Source: Nitrospirota bacterium (GTDB taxonomy: Bacteria; Nitrospirota; Thermodesulfovibrionia; Thermodesulfovibrionales; SM23-35). Taken from it: DNA of 64,000 bases. The notes under the pieces were generated by a model that was not told where the DNA came from, did no database searches, and saw nothing but the letters and a program-made list of their open reading frames with translations. Shown piece by piece: positions 28,873 through 40,907 of the stretch (within the stretch, counting starts at the first letter, position 1; every line of letters starts with the position of its first letter). The stretch is taken from NCBI GenBank assembly GCA_040756135.1, contig JBFLZS010000002.1:15949-79948 (forward strand), written 5' to 3'. Both the position numbers and the translations under genes were made by a program.

Positions 28873-28902
28873 AAGAGGCCATGCATCTTTGCATGGCCTC
28901 TT
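28873..28902. terminator. Rho-independent terminator after atpC
   Basis: The sequence aagaggccatgca-tctt-tgcatggcctctt is flanked by T-rich runs on both strands. It lies 25 nt past the atpC stop. Confidence 0.55.
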
Positions 28903-28927
28903 TTATAAACACCTTCAAACTTTAAAA

Positions 28928-29335
28928 TTATCCAGTTCTTTTTGCTGCTACCTGTGTTCTAAATGTTGCCCTTTCAAGGGACGATTCTGCCCTTGCAAAA
29001 TCTATATCTTCAGCCCTTTTAAGTCTTTCTTCAGCCCTTTTCATTGCAGCCTTTGCTCTTTCTACATCTATATCTTCAGATTTTTCTGCGCTGTCAGCAA
29101 GTATTAAAACTTTATCCGGCCCAGCCTCAGCATATCCCCAGTTTACAAAAACGTATTTTGCTGTAGTCCCTTTTTTATATGTGAGCATCCCTATCTTTAG
29201 GGTAGTAAAGAAAGGCACATGTCCTGGGAGTATACCAAACTCACCTTCACTTCCAGCACATACGACTTCATCAACCTCTTCACTTAATACAAGGCCATAA
29301 GGTGTAACGATATCGAGTTTTAGCTTATTCTCCAT
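28928..29335 (-). CDS. atpC: F1 ATP synthase epsilon subunit
   Basis: 135-aa ORF with LDIVTPYG.. and GILPGH. It is the last gene of the atp operon. Confidence 0.9.
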   Translation of the reverse strand: MENKLKLDIVTPYGLVLSEEVDEVVCAGSEGEFGILPGHVPFFTTLKIGMLTYKKGTTAKYVFVNWGYAEAGPDKVLILADSAEKSEDIDVERAKAAMKRAEERLKRAEDIDFARAESSLERATFRTQVAAKRTG

Positions 29336-29371
29336 TAAAAATTCTCCTGACTAAAATTTAACTTTCTTACC

Positions 29372-30805
<1,434 letters not shown>

Positions 30806-30837
30806 CTAAGCTGTATTGAAATTCTTATAAATCCTCA

Positions 30838-31716
30838 TTATTTTAATGCCTCAACTCCACCGACAATATCCATCAACTCTTTAGTGATGGAAGCCTGCCG
30901 TACCTTGTTAGCTATGAGTGTTACTTTATCTATAAGTTCTCCGCAGTTCTTTGTAGCATTCTCCATAGCTGTCATCCTCGCACCCTCTTCAGAAGTTGAG
31001 GTTTCGAGTAATGCCCTGTAAACCTGTATCTCGATATGTTTTGGTAATAGTTTCTGAAATATGCCCTCCATTGAAGGCTCATAAAGGAAATCACCACTAA
31101 AAGAGGAGATTTCTTTCTGTCCTTCTTCCGGTTCCAATAAACCTATAGGAAGGAGTTTCATAACAGTAGGCTTCTGGGCAATAAGTGACTTGAATTCACT
31201 ATATACAATATTGACCTCATCAATGGCCTCATTTGTATAGTTTTCTATCATGTCACTTGCAATTTCCTGAGCATTTGCATATGTTATTCTTCCGGAGAAT
31301 CCGATCCACGTTTTCCTCATTGCTATATTTCTTCGGCGGAAGTAGTCACGGGCTTTTCTGCCAACAACACTAACGTTAATTTCGACCCCTTCTTGTTTCA
31401 AAGTATTGATATAAGCAGCAGCAGTCTTGAGGATATTTGTATTAAAGCCCCCGCAAAGGCCCCTATCCGAGGTAAGAACAATAACCTCTACGGTTTTTTT
31501 AGGTCTTAAAGCAAGGAGCGGATGCATTTCTCTCTCTGAAACCTTAGCAAGATCAGACAGTGCCGTTTCCATTTTTGTAGCATAAGGTCTGAAGTTCATC
31601 ATCTTCTCCTGAACCTTCCTCAGCTTTGCAGCAGCCACCATCTTCATGGCAGCCGTAATTTTCTTGGTGCTCTGTATGGCCTTTATTTTTTTCCTTAAAT
31701 CTCTTAAGGTTGGCAT
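30838..31716 (-). CDS. atpG: F1 ATP synthase gamma subunit
   Basis: 292-aa ORF with the N-terminal LRDLRKKIKAIQSTKKITAAMKMVAAAKLRK and the C-terminal ITKELMDIVGG. Confidence 0.95.
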   Translation of the reverse strand: MPTLRDLRKKIKAIQSTKKITAAMKMVAAAKLRKVQEKMMNFRPYATKMETALSDLAKVSEREMHPLLALRPKKTVEVIVLTSDRGLCGGFNTNILKTAAAYINTLKQEGVEINVSVVGRKARDYFRRRNIAMRKTWIGFSGRITYANAQEIASDMIENYTNEAIDEVNIVYSEFKSLIAQKPTVMKLLPIGLLEPEEGQKEISSFSGDFLYEPSMEGIFQKLLPKHIEIQVYRALLETSTSEEGARMTAMENATKNCGELIDKVTLIANKVRQASITKELMDIVGGVEALK

Positions 31717-31740
31717 CTGTAATCTCCTATCTCAACTTTA

Positions 31741-33264
31741 TTATGCCTGAAAGGTCTTCTTAAATGATGTAATCGCTTCAGTAATCTTGGCTCTGAGGTC
31801 ATCATCTAATGCCTTTTTTTCCATTAATTCTTTCTTTAATGCCTGCTTTTCTGCCCTGATATATCTAAGGAACCCTTCTTCAAATGGTTTTAATGCCTCA
31901 AGTGGTTGATCATCAAGGAAGCCCTGAGTCCCTGCAAAAATAAGCATTATCTGTTCATCAGCAGGCATTGGAACAAATTGATCTTGCTTGAGGAGCTCAA
32001 CCATTCTCTTGCCTCTTTCTATCTGGGCAAGCGTTGCTTTATCGAGGTCAGAGGCGAATTGTGCAAATGCAGCAAGTTCTCTATACTGAGCAAGATCGAG
32101 CCTGAGCATTCCGGCAATCTGTTTCATAGCCTTTATCTGAGCTGCGCCTCCAACACGGCTAACAGAGAGGCCGGCATTAACTGCAGGTCTTATACCGCCG
32201 TAAAAGAGTTCAGGCTCAAGATATATCTGGCCATCGGTAATTGATATAACGTTTGTGGGTATATATCCGGAAACGTCACCGGCCTGTGTCTCAATTACCG
32301 GGATTGCAGTAAGCGAACCTCCGCCATGAGCTTCACTCACCTTCGCTGCCCTTTCAAGGAGTCTTGAATGGAGGTAAAAGACATCGCCGGGATATGCCTC
32401 ACGGGCCGGGGGGCGCCTTAATATGAGAGAAAGCTGCCTGTAGGCATGAGCCTGCTTTGTAAGGTCGTCATACCCGATAAAGGCATGTCTGCCGGTATCC
32501 CTGAAATATTCACCCATTGCACAACCTACATAAGGGGCGATATATTGCATTGGTGCAGGCTCACTTGCAGTAGCGGCAACAACTATGGTGTGTGCCATTG
32601 CACCCATCTCTTCGAGTTTTTTGACTGTATTAACAACAGCCGGTCTCCTCTGGCCGACTGCCACATAAATGCATATAACATCTCCACCTTTTTGATTTAT
32701 AATTGTATCAATCAGGATTGCGGTTTTCCCTATCTGGCGGTCACCAATGACAAGCTCCCTCTGACCTCTTCCAATAGGAATCATGGAGTCTATTGCCTTG
32801 ATGCCTGTCTGGAGAGGCTGATTAACAGGCTGCCTCCTGATGATACCCGGTGCTATAACCTCAACCTTCCTTGTCTCTTTTGTAGCTATAGGTCCTTTGC
32901 CATCTATTGGCTGTCCTATTGCATTCACTACTCTTCCGATCAATGCCTCACCAACTGGTGTTTCCATAACCCTGCCTGTGCGCTTTACGATGTCGCCTTC
33001 CTTAACAAGCTTATCCTCTCCAAAGAGAATAGCGCCAACCAAATCTTCTTCGAGATTGAGGGCCATGCCAAAAACACCATTTGGGAACTCAAGCATCTCC
33101 AGATTCATACAGTTATCAAGGCCGTAAACCTTCGCAACACCATCACCAATATAGGTGACGGATCCAATCTCGCTGACGTCAACCTTCTTCTCAAAATCTG
33201 TTATCTGCTTTTTTAAAAGTTCACTTATCTCTTCAGTCTTGATTTCTTCTACCTTAATTGCCAT
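31741..33264 (-). CDS. atpA: F1 ATP synthase alpha subunit
   Basis: Walker A is GDRQIGKT. 507 aa, with typical alpha-subunit sequence throughout. Confidence 0.95.
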   Translation of the reverse strand: MAIKVEEIKTEEISELLKKQITDFEKKVDVSEIGSVTYIGDGVAKVYGLDNCMNLEMLEFPNGVFGMALNLEEDLVGAILFGEDKLVKEGDIVKRTGRVMETPVGEALIGRVVNAIGQPIDGKGPIATKETRKVEVIAPGIIRRQPVNQPLQTGIKAIDSMIPIGRGQRELVIGDRQIGKTAILIDTIINQKGGDVICIYVAVGQRRPAVVNTVKKLEEMGAMAHTIVVAATASEPAPMQYIAPYVGCAMGEYFRDTGRHAFIGYDDLTKQAHAYRQLSLILRRPPAREAYPGDVFYLHSRLLERAAKVSEAHGGGSLTAIPVIETQAGDVSGYIPTNVISITDGQIYLEPELFYGGIRPAVNAGLSVSRVGGAAQIKAMKQIAGMLRLDLAQYRELAAFAQFASDLDKATLAQIERGKRMVELLKQDQFVPMPADEQIMLIFAGTQGFLDDQPLEALKPFEEGFLRYIRAEKQALKKELMEKKALDDDLRAKITEAITSFKKTFQA

Positions 33265-33268
33265 AATA

Positions 33269-33811
33269 TCACCTCTTTATAAGCTCATTTTTTAAAAGCC
33301 CTAACTGGCCCTTTATGCTGGTATCATACATAGTGCTTCCAATCTTGACGAGGATACCACCAAGAAGGGAAGTGTCCATTATATACTCTATGTCAACATC
33401 CCTGCCTGTCACTTTCTTCAGGGATGACTTGAGGGTATTATCATAATCTTTACTTATTTCAATCGGGGTCATAACAATTGCTTTAGCTTTTTGTTTCTTT
33501 TCTAAGTATAGAAAAGTAGCCATTCTGATAATATCAGGGAGGGATAATATGACACGTAATTCTGAGAGGTGCGTAATAAATTTAATAATGTTCTCAGAGA
33601 GCTTTAACCTCTCAGCAATCTGTTTTATAACCTTTTCTCTTTCCTCTGATGTAAACTGTGGATTTATAAGTAAGTTCCTGAACTCTTTGCTTTTAGCCAT
33701 TAAATCATTGATTACATTGGCTTCAGCAATGGCTTGAGGCGCACTTTCAATGCCAACATTTCTTAATAATACATTTGCGTATCTTTTTGCTTCACTTATA
33801 TTTCTTTTCAC
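33269..33811 (-). CDS. atpH: F1 ATP synthase delta (OSCP) subunit
   Basis: 180-aa ORF in the position between b and alpha. It has a ..[21 protein letters not shown]-terminus. Confidence 0.85.
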   Translation of the reverse strand: MKRNISEAKRYANVLLRNVGIESAPQAIAEANVINDLMAKSKEFRNLLINPQFTSEEREKVIKQIAERLKLSENIIKFITHLSELRVILSLPDIIRMATFLYLEKKQKAKAIVMTPIEISKDYDNTLKSSLKKVTGRDVDIEYIMDTSLLGGILVKIGSTMYDTSIKGQLGLLKNELIKR

Positions 33812-34452
33812 CCCCTGCCTCCTATCTGCATAAGGGATTCTTCAAGAAGTCTTTCTTGCTCCTTCTTTGATACCTTCTCCTTAAGCTTCTTCTCAGCAAG
33901 CTCCATGGCAAGTTCAACAGCCTCTCCCTTAAGAGCCTCTTTTGCATGCTTAACTTCATACTCTATATTTACCTTTGCCTGCTCTAATATCTTTTCTTTG
34001 AGTTTATTGCCTTCTTCTGTAAGTCTTTCACGCTCCTCCTCACCAGAGCGTTTTGCTATGGATACTATCTTTTCTATCTCCTGATCTTTCACCTTGAGCT
34101 TCTCTTCCACCTCCTGCAACGCCTTTCGTGCAAGCTCTTTTGCCTCTTTTGCCTCGTTAAGTGTTTTTTCTATCAACTCGGTTCTTTGCTTCAGAAAATT
34201 CTGAAAGGGTTTCCTGGCGAATTTAAAAAGGATAATAACCAGAATGCCAAAATTAACGACCTTCCACAAATATTCTTTCCAGATCGGCTCGTGGGCTGCT
34301 TCTTCTCCACCGCCGCTACTACCGAAGACAACGCTTGCAAATACAAATATTAGTAAAAAGTGAAGAATAAAAAGTAAAGAGTAGAAAATTTGAGACTTCA
34401 GATTTTTGAATTTCTGACTTCTGACTTCTGACTTCTGATTTATTTTCTTCAT
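33808..34452 (-). CDS. atpF: Fo ATP synthase subunit b (N-terminally extended)
   Basis: It has a TM helix plus a long charged coiled coil. An ATGA overlap with the upstream b' gene supports the start. The 5' end contains a heptamer tandem repeat. Confidence 0.8.
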   Translation of the reverse strand: MKKINQKSEVRSQKFKNLKSQIFYSLLFILHFLLIFVFASVVFGSSGGGEEAAHEPIWKEYLWKVVNFGILVIILFKFARKPFQNFLKQRTELIEKTLNEAKEAKELARKALQEVEEKLKVKDQEIEKIVSIAKRSGEEERERLTEEGNKLKEKILEQAKVNIEYEVKHAKEALKGEAVELAMELAEKKLKEKVSKKEQERLLEESLMQIGGRG

Positions 34453-34871
34453 ATGCCTACCAACTTTCTTACGATTTCATCAGAGAACTTTTCTACGTCG
34501 GCCCTTAATGCCTTCCTTGCTTTTTCTGCCTCAGCCTTGACCTCTGCCCTGGCCTTCTCAAGCATTTTAGAAGCCTCAGCGTCGGCTGCTGAAAGCATCT
34601 CTTTCTGTTTGTTCAGACCTTCGGCCTTTAGCGCTTCGAATGTCTCCTTTGCTTTGTTTCTGCCCTCAGCAAGTTCCCGGTTCAGTCGGGCGATACTCTC
34701 TTCCTTTTTATTACTCATGTCCTTGGCACCATCGAGGGCGTCTTTTACGGTATCTTCTCTCTCCTTGAAAAGTTTAAGGAGGGGTTTATAAAGGATAATG
34801 TTTAAAAGGAAAAGCAATGCAAGAAAATTTAAAGTCAAGAGTAAAAACCACTTTGGTATTATGTCTAACAT
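34449..34871 (-). CDS. Fo ATP synthase subunit b'
   Basis: It begins MLDIIPKWFLLLTLNFLALLFLLN.. (TM), followed by a coiled coil. An RBS (GAGGGAAGG) precedes the ATG at 34871. The 158-aa track ORF is an upstream extension. Confidence 0.8.
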   Translation of the reverse strand: MLDIIPKWFLLLTLNFLALLFLLNIILYKPLLKLFKEREDTVKDALDGAKDMSNKKEESIARLNRELAEGRNKAKETFEALKAEGLNKQKEMLSAADAEASKMLEKARAEVKAEAEKARKALRADVEKFSDEIVRKLVGI

Positions 34872-35043
34872 GTCACACCTTCCCTCAAGTAGTTTGAAAA
34901 GCGAGAAAAGGATACCATAGGACAAAAAAAATTGTCAAGAGGTTTTTATATATTTAAAAAAATAAGGATTTTTAAATTTTTAAGTTTAGACATTCCAGCC
35001 TGACTTCTGACCACGTATCAGATAGATTTTGCGCTTGATCACT

Positions 35044-35817
35044 TCAACTGGAATCAGTTCTTTCATCTACCTCCTTTTTAAGGGCATTATTCCTTTTCGC
35101 CTTTCTAAATAAATCAACTACAACTTTCCCTGTTTCCTTAAATCCCTTCTGTCTAAGCATCCTCATCATTTTCCCTGATGCGATAGCCTTTAAAAATTCT
35201 CTCCTCTTTTTTTTATCATCTATTATTTTTGTCGCCTTTAACCGAATCTTTTTTAATAACTTCAAATAATTATTGAATTCAGGACCATAGAGTTTTTCGA
35301 GTTCCTTGCGAATTGACCTTGAAAGTGCAGGGCTGATACCGCTTGTTGATACAGCAATGTTTAACGGCCCACGATTCATAACCGATGGGACGATAAGATT
35401 ACATAAATCGGGGATATCTACAACATTCACAAGGGATGGTGCATCCTTAGAAACACGGTCATTAATAACCTGAGAATCAGTAGCAGCAATTACGAGAAAT
35501 GCATTTTTTAGGTCGCTCTTTCTATATTGCCGGGGTATATGTTTTATCCTCCCTTTCAGTTTTTCTTTCTCGATCCTCTTTGTAAGTTTAGGGCTTATAA
35601 CTTTTACACCTGAACCTGCCTTAAGTAAACTGAGGACCTTTCTTTCCGCAACCTTGCCACCGCCGATAACAACGGCTGTTTTACCTTTAAGGTTCAGGAA
35701 TGCGGGATAATAGAGGTGGGGGAGGGTTTGGGTGGGGGTGCCTCTTGTGTCTGCAGAGTTTTTACGCTTCGAGCTTAACGCCTTACGGCCTGATACGGGC
35801 AAGTTCTTTTTTAGCAT
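35044..35817 (-). CDS. Precorrin-2 dehydrogenase / sirohydrochlorin ferrochelatase (SirC / CysG N-terminal-like)
   Basis: It has the Rossmann motif PAFLNLKGKTAVVIGGGKVAERK and ..IAVSTSGISPALSR... The true start is uncertain because the annotated N-terminus overlaps bamD by 35 nt. Confidence 0.7.
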   Translation of the reverse strand: MLKKNLPVSGRKALSSKRKNSADTRGTPTQTLPHLYYPAFLNLKGKTAVVIGGGKVAERKVLSLLKAGSGVKVISPKLTKRIEKEKLKGRIKHIPRQYRKSDLKNAFLVIAATDSQVINDRVSKDAPSLVNVVDIPDLCNLIVPSVMNRGPLNIAVSTSGISPALSRSIRKELEKLYGPEFNNYLKLLKKIRLKATKIIDDKKKRREFLKAIASGKMMRMLRQKGFKETGKVVVDLFRKAKRNNALKKEVDERTDSS

Positions 35818-36538
35818 CCTTAACTAATTTATTTTCAGGATATTTCTCAATAAAGCGGGCTAAATATTCTGAAGCCCTATCCTTCTGGCCAAGTTTTTTA
35901 TAGGACATTCCTGTATAAAACAGGACATCAGCCCATCTATTGTAATCAGGATACTTTTTTAGCAATTGCTCAAATCTGGCAATTGCTGCATTATAGGAGC
36001 CCTTTTTATAATAGAATTCTCCAACAAGGAATTCGTATTCAGCTATTATATTCCTGCACTTCTGGATCCTGAGCTCAACAACATCTTTATACGGATTTCT
36101 CGGGAACATCCTTTTAAGTTTCTCGAATTCTTCAAGGGCCTTGGCTGCCCCGCCATATCCCCTCTCAGGATCTTCTATCTGGCTGAAGTAAACCATGGCG
36201 ATCTGATACTGGGCATGTGGGGCATATTGGTGGTCAGGATACGCCTCAAGAAATTTTTTATACTCGGCAACAGCAAGCTCAGGCTCTTCCTCTTTAACAT
36301 AAGAATCAGCAATCCTTAACTGTGCAAGAGGGGCAAATTTCTTAGACATGTCCCTGTTTTTAACCTCGAGAAAGGATGCCCTTGCCTTCTCATAATCTTT
36401 TTTCTCTAACTGTTCATTTGCCGCTGCAAATGCCTTTTCAGGATCAAATGTTTCTGAAGGCTTTATCTCTTTCTTGCCTGAACAGGAGATCATGAAAAGA
36501 ATCAGAATAAAGAGCGCTATATTAAATCTTCTTACCAT
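35783..36538 (-). CDS. bamD: Outer membrane protein assembly factor BamD (TPR lipoprotein)
   Basis: It has a lipoprotein signal (..LFMISCSG) and TPR repeats with the YfiO-like pattern (YPDHQYAPHAQYQIAMVYF.., EFYYKKGSYNAAIARF). Confidence 0.8.
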   Translation of the reverse strand: MVRRFNIALFILILFMISCSGKKEIKPSETFDPEKAFAAANEQLEKKDYEKARASFLEVKNRDMSKKFAPLAQLRIADSYVKEEEPELAVAEYKKFLEAYPDHQYAPHAQYQIAMVYFSQIEDPERGYGGAAKALEEFEKLKRMFPRNPYKDVVELRIQKCRNIIAEYEFLVGEFYYKKGSYNAAIARFEQLLKKYPDYNRWADVLFYTGMSYKKLGQKDRASEYLARFIEKYPENKLVKDAKKELARIRP

Positions 36539-36653
36539 CTCTATCGCAGTCTATTATAGCATGTAATAGACAAAACAAGCAGGACATACCATCTGATTGG
36601 TAAGGGCTTGCCATGCCTTGCCAAAGAAATATTCGAGATGGTATCCTTAGTCT

Positions 36654-39194
36654 GTGAATCTCTCACTTTTCCAGAAACCGAGCAGATATATAAACAAAGA
36701 GATAAATGCTATTTACAAGGACGCACCTGTAAAGGTTGCCCTCGCGTTTCCTGACATCTACGAAATCGGGATGTCTCATCTCGGGCTCAAAATCCTTTAC
36801 AAAATAATAAATGACCTTCCGTTTGCTTCCGCCGAGAGGGTATTTTCACCATGGCTTGACCTCGAGGCCGAGATGAAGGCAAAAAGAATATCTCTTTCAT
36901 CCCTCGAATCAAACCGTCCATTGAGAGACTTTGATATCGTAGGTTTTAGTCTCCAGTACGAACTTTCATATACTACAGTCCTTAATATGCTCTATCTCGG
37001 TGGAATCCCATTGAGGTCCGAAGAAAGAAATATTTCATCTTTTAATCGCCACTACCCGCTTGTTATTGCTGGTGGGCCTTGCACTGTTAATCCACTACCA
37101 ATGTCTCCTTTTATTGACGCATTCCTGATTGGTGACGGAGAAGAAGCTATTAAGGAGATACTGAATACATTTTACCTATGGAAGACAGGTGGAGATAGTA
37201 AAAGGGAATCCCTTCTTCAAGCCCTCTCAAAGATTGAAGGGATGTATGTGCCAAATAATCCCCCCTCCCCCCCTTTAGAAAAGGGGTGTAAGGGGGGATT
37301 TGAAAAAAGGGGGATTGGGGGAGTTAAGAGGCGATTTATAAAATCCCTCGATGACATACCTTATCCTGATAATCCCGTTGTTCCATACGCCTCGATCATC
37401 CATGACAGGGTAAACATTGAGGTTTCAAGGGGATGCTCGATGGGTTGCAGGTTCTGTCAGGCAGGTATGATTTACAGGCCGGTTCGTGAAAGAAGCCCTG
37501 AAAAAGCCTTAGAGATCGCAGAAAAATCCCTGAAAAACACAGGCTACGAGGAGGTTGCATTCACATCCCTGAGTGCCGGGGACTATAGCTGTCTTTTACA
37601 GGTTGTAAGGGAATTTAATAAAAGGTTTGGAAACAAGAAGATCGCCCTCTCACTTCCTTCCCTTAGAGTCGCATCTGTAAATCCCGAACTTTTGAGAGAG
37701 ATACGTGCTGTTAGGAAAACAGGCTTTACAATTGCACCCGAGGCAGGAACTGACAGGCTCAGAAGGGTAATCAATAAAGACTTTGAGGAAGAGGACTATG
37801 AAAGGGCTCTCAGGACACTGTTCGAAGAAGGCTGGCATAATCTCAAACTATATTTTATGATAGGGCTTCCAACAGAGACTGAAGAAGATATAGAGTCAAT
37901 CCATAAAATGGCTATGAAAGCACTTAAAATTTCAAAACAGTATACGAAAAGGTTTGTCAATATAAACATAGGTATTTCCCCCTTTGTTCCAAAACCACAC
38001 ACGCCTTTTCAATGGTATGGACAGATCTCTTCTGCGGAGCTTAAAAGAAAAAAGCACTATATTAAAGACGTTCTGACAAAAAAAGGGTTAAAGATTAAGG
38101 GGCATAATGTAGAGATGAGCCTTCTTGAGGCTGCTTTCGCCCGCGGAGATGAAAGACTTGCATCACTTATCGAAAGGGCCTGGTCTCTCGGGTGCAGGCT
38201 TGATGCATGGTCAGAAGCCTTTGATTTTAAAAAATGGGAAACCGCAATGAATCTTACAGGTACAGATGTAACAGACTTTTCAAAAAAGACTTTCGAAGAT
38301 TCGGATGTCCTACCCTGGGAGAAAATAGATATAGGGATAACAAAAGAATTTCTCTGGAAGGAATACCAGAGGGCATTATCAGGGAATATAACAACAGACT
38401 GCAGGAAAACCTGTCACAATTGTGGACTCTCTTGTAATAAAAACACAGAGAAGGTCAGAAGATCAGAAAATCAGAAGTTAAGCACTTCATCTCATCCTCT
38501 TAACTTCTCAACTTCTCAACCTCTTCGTTTTAAGCCTGTAAAGATAAGGGTTGAGTTCACCAAGACAGGCAGATTGAGATATCTTTCACACCTCGAACTT
38601 ATTACCGTGTTGCATAGGGCGATCAGGAGGGCAGGATTTCCTTTAGAATATTCAATGGGCTTTCATCCATTTCCAAGGATATCATTCGGCCCTCCACTTG
38701 GTGTAGGGATTGCAGGGCTTAGTGAATATTTTGATATGGAAATAATTCCGCCTTTTGATTTAGTCGTAAACAGAAAAAAGATAAATAATATACTGCCAGA
38801 AGGGATTTGTGTAAAGGACATGTCATCTGTATCAGAAAAGGCTGAATCTCTATGTAGCTTTATAACAAGGTATGAATATGAAATAAGAGGTGGGAATTCG
38901 TTTAACGTCTATAGGTTTTTATCAGAAAAAGAGATAAATTTTAAAAGGGAACAATATTTTATAAACCTCAGGGGTATGGTAGAAGAAGCTAAGCAAATTG
39001 AGGAGGATACAACAAAAATAATAGTAGTAGATCAAGGAGATACAAAGGTTAGGCTTGGTGAACTTCTTCCTGAGATATTTAATGTCCCTTTGGAAAGCCT
39101 TGACATAACAAGGGTAGCCCTTTATGGATGGAATGGTGGCTGGGTAAAACCCCTTAATAATTGCAAAATGCAGATTATAGATTGCAGACAGTAA
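36654..39194 (+). CDS. B12-binding-like radical SAM protein fused to a DUF2344 domain (TIGR03960 + TIGR03936 type)
   Basis: It has a GTG start and KPSRYINKEIN N-terminal. The rSAM motif is SRGCSMGCRFCQAG. The C-terminal module has RYLSHLELITVLHRAIRRAG. It lies upstream of rng, as is common. It contains repeat insertions. Confidence 0.8.
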   Translation: MNLSLFQKPSRYINKEINAIYKDAPVKVALAFPDIYEIGMSHLGLKILYKIINDLPFASAERVFSPWLDLEAEMKAKRISLSSLESNRPLRDFDIVGFSLQYELSYTTVLNMLYLGGIPLRSEERNISSFNRHYPLVIAGGPCTVNPLPMSPFIDAFLIGDGEEAIKEILNTFYLWKTGGDSKRESLLQALSKIEGMYVPNNPPSPPLEKGCKGGFEKRGIGGVKRRFIKSLDDIPYPDNPVVPYASIIHDRVNIEVSRGCSMGCRFCQAGMIYRPVRERSPEKALEIAEKSLKNTGYEEVAFTSLSAGDYSCLLQVVREFNKRFGNKKIALSLPSLRVASVNPELLREIRAVRKTGFTIAPEAGTDRLRRVINKDFEEEDYERALRTLFEEGWHNLKLYFMIGLPTETEEDIESIHKMAMKALKISKQYTKRFVNINIGISPFVPKPHTPFQWYGQISSAELKRKKHYIKDVLTKKGLKIKGHNVEMSLLEAAFARGDERLASLIERAWSLGCRLDAWSEAFDFKKWETAMNLTGTDVTDFSKKTFEDSDVLPWEKIDIGITKEFLWKEYQRALSGNITTDCRKTCHNCGLSCNKNTEKVRRSENQKLSTSSHPLNFSTSQPLRFKPVKIRVEFTKTGRLRYLSHLELITVLHRAIRRAGFPLEYSMGFHPFPRISFGPPLGVGIAGLSEYFDMEIIPPFDLVVNRKKINNILPEGICVKDMSSVSEKAESLCSFITRYEYEIRGGNSFNVYRFLSEKEINFKREQYFINLRGMVEEAKQIEEDTTKIIVVDQGDTKVRLGELLPEIFNVPLESLDITRVALYGWNGGWVKPLNNCKMQIIDCRQ
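37257..37322. repeat. 'KGG' palindromic repeat in frame in the rSAM CDS
   Basis: It spans aatccccccctccccccctttagaaaaggggtgtaaggggggatttgaaaaaagggggattggggg. It encodes NNPPSPPLEKGCKGGFEKRGIGG. Confidence 0.8.
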
Positions 39195-39225
39195 GAAGCA
39201 AGGTACTTTGAGAAAGTATAAAGGA

Positions 39226-40731
39226 ATGGAAAGCGAAATATTGATTAACGTAACACGCGATGAAATCAGGGTCGGCCTCCTCGAAGGAGGCCAGGTAGTT
39301 GAATTCTATGTTGAAAGGAAGCGTGATGCAAGCCTTGTCGGAAACATCTATAAAGGTAAGGTTGTAAAAATTCTCCCTGGTATGCAGTCTGCCTTCGTTG
39401 ATATAGGTCTTGAAAAGGCAGCTTTTCTGTATGTTACTGACATCCATGCCGGCATGGAAGAATTTGCACCTTTTCTCGAGGAAGAAGAAAAAAACAACTC
39501 TGTAGAAGTGATTTCAAAGAGGGGAAGACCAGATCTTACCATAGAGGAGCTAATCCAGGAAGGACAGGAAATCCTCGTACAGGTATCAAAAGACCCTATC
39601 GGAAGCAAGGGAGCAAGGGTCACCTCATATGTAACGATGCCTGGCAGATATCTCGTGCTTATGCCAAATGTGGAGCATATAGGTATATCGAGGAGGATAT
39701 CTGAGGAGTCTGAACGAACAAGACTCAGAACAATAGTCGAGTATATAAAACCAAAAGGTTATGGCCTGATTATAAGGACGGCAAGTGAGGGTTCTGCCGA
39801 GGAAGACCTTAAAAAAGACTTGGACTTTCTCCTTCTATTATGGGAAAACATCCAGAGGAAAAAGGATAGGGTATCCGCACCAACCCTGCTTTACAGTGAC
39901 TTCGATCTTGTCTTCAGGAGTGTAAGGGACCTTATGCTCCAGGATGTTAAAAGGCTTGTTATAGACTCTGAGGAAGAGTACGAACGGATAAAGGATTTTG
40001 TCAGGGCATACTTTGAAAAGCTTTTGGGAATGATAGAACTATATGAAGGTACGGAGTCGATATTCGATGCATTTGGAATTGAGCTTGACATATCGAGGGC
40101 ACTTGGAAGAAAGGTCTGGTTGAAATCCGGCGGTTACATAGTTATTGACCAGACAGAGGCGATGACGGTCATAGATGTAAATACCGGTAAGTTTGTTGGC
40201 AAAGAGGAACTCGAAGACACAATACTCAAGACTAATCTTGAGGCAGTAAAGGAAATAGCTTATCAGATAAGGCTCAGGAATCTCGGCGGGATTATAATAG
40301 TAGATTTCATAGATATGGAAAGACATGATAACAGGGAGAGAGTATTCAATGCATTTGTTGAGGCAATGAAAAGAGACAGGGCAAAAAATACGATATCCCA
40401 TATATCGGAGCTCGGGCTTATACAGATGACAAGGAAGCGTGTCAGGGAGAGCCTCGGCAGAACACTCTGCGAATCCTGTTCATACTGTGAAGGCAAGGGA
40501 TTTGTAAAGTCGCCCCGAACCCTGTGTTATGAGATATTCAGAAAGATAACGAGACTGGCAAAACATGGCGGGGAAAGGATTATTGTTACAGCCCATCCTT
40601 CTGTTGCAGAGCTTCTTACTGATGAAGAGCGCGCAGGTATTGAGGATATAGAAAATAGATATAATGTAAAAATCACCATAAAGGAAAGCCGCAGCCTTCA
40701 TCAGGAAAATTATGAAGTCACAGTTTTATAG
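39226..40731 (+). CDS. rng: Ribonuclease G/E family endoribonuclease
   Basis: It has an S1 domain (GNIYKGKVVKILPGMQSAFVDIG) and the catalytic region (..IDQTEAMTVIDVNTG..). Confidence 0.85.
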   Translation: MESEILINVTRDEIRVGLLEGGQVVEFYVERKRDASLVGNIYKGKVVKILPGMQSAFVDIGLEKAAFLYVTDIHAGMEEFAPFLEEEEKNNSVEVISKRGRPDLTIEELIQEGQEILVQVSKDPIGSKGARVTSYVTMPGRYLVLMPNVEHIGISRRISEESERTRLRTIVEYIKPKGYGLIIRTASEGSAEEDLKKDLDFLLLLWENIQRKKDRVSAPTLLYSDFDLVFRSVRDLMLQDVKRLVIDSEEEYERIKDFVRAYFEKLLGMIELYEGTESIFDAFGIELDISRALGRKVWLKSGGYIVIDQTEAMTVIDVNTGKFVGKEELEDTILKTNLEAVKEIAYQIRLRNLGGIIIVDFIDMERHDNRERVFNAFVEAMKRDRAKNTISHISELGLIQMTRKRVRESLGRTLCESCSYCEGKGFVKSPRTLCYEIFRKITRLAKHGGERIIVTAHPSVAELLTDEERAGIEDIENRYNVKITIKESRSLHQENYEVTVL

Positions 40732-40907
40732 AAGACCATTTGTTGTAAAATCTATTTTTACATCTAACACTTAAATTACTTCTTATTTACAACTAAAATC
40801 ATGAAAATAGCAATAATTAAATTGCTATTTTCCAATAAGTTATACTCGGTTTTTGCCAATTTATTGCTTTTCTTTTGCTATATTATTGCTTTGTGCCCCC
40901 CTCGTTA

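Noticed and set aside
32446-33216. 256-aa plus-strand ORF
   Set aside because: It is antisense to the highly conserved atpA. It has no recognisable motifs, and atpA fully explains the region.
34926-35043. Sigma-70-like promoter (TTGACA) upstream of atpF'
   Set aside because: A TTGACA is present (reverse complement of 34933-34938), but the spacing to the best -10-like hexamer is only about 13 nt. This is not convincing enough to annotate.
34414-38526. Short tandem repeats as a CRISPR array
   Set aside because: The units are 7-8 nt with no unique spacers, and they lie within CDSs. No CRISPR-like repeat-spacer periodicity occurs anywhere in the window.
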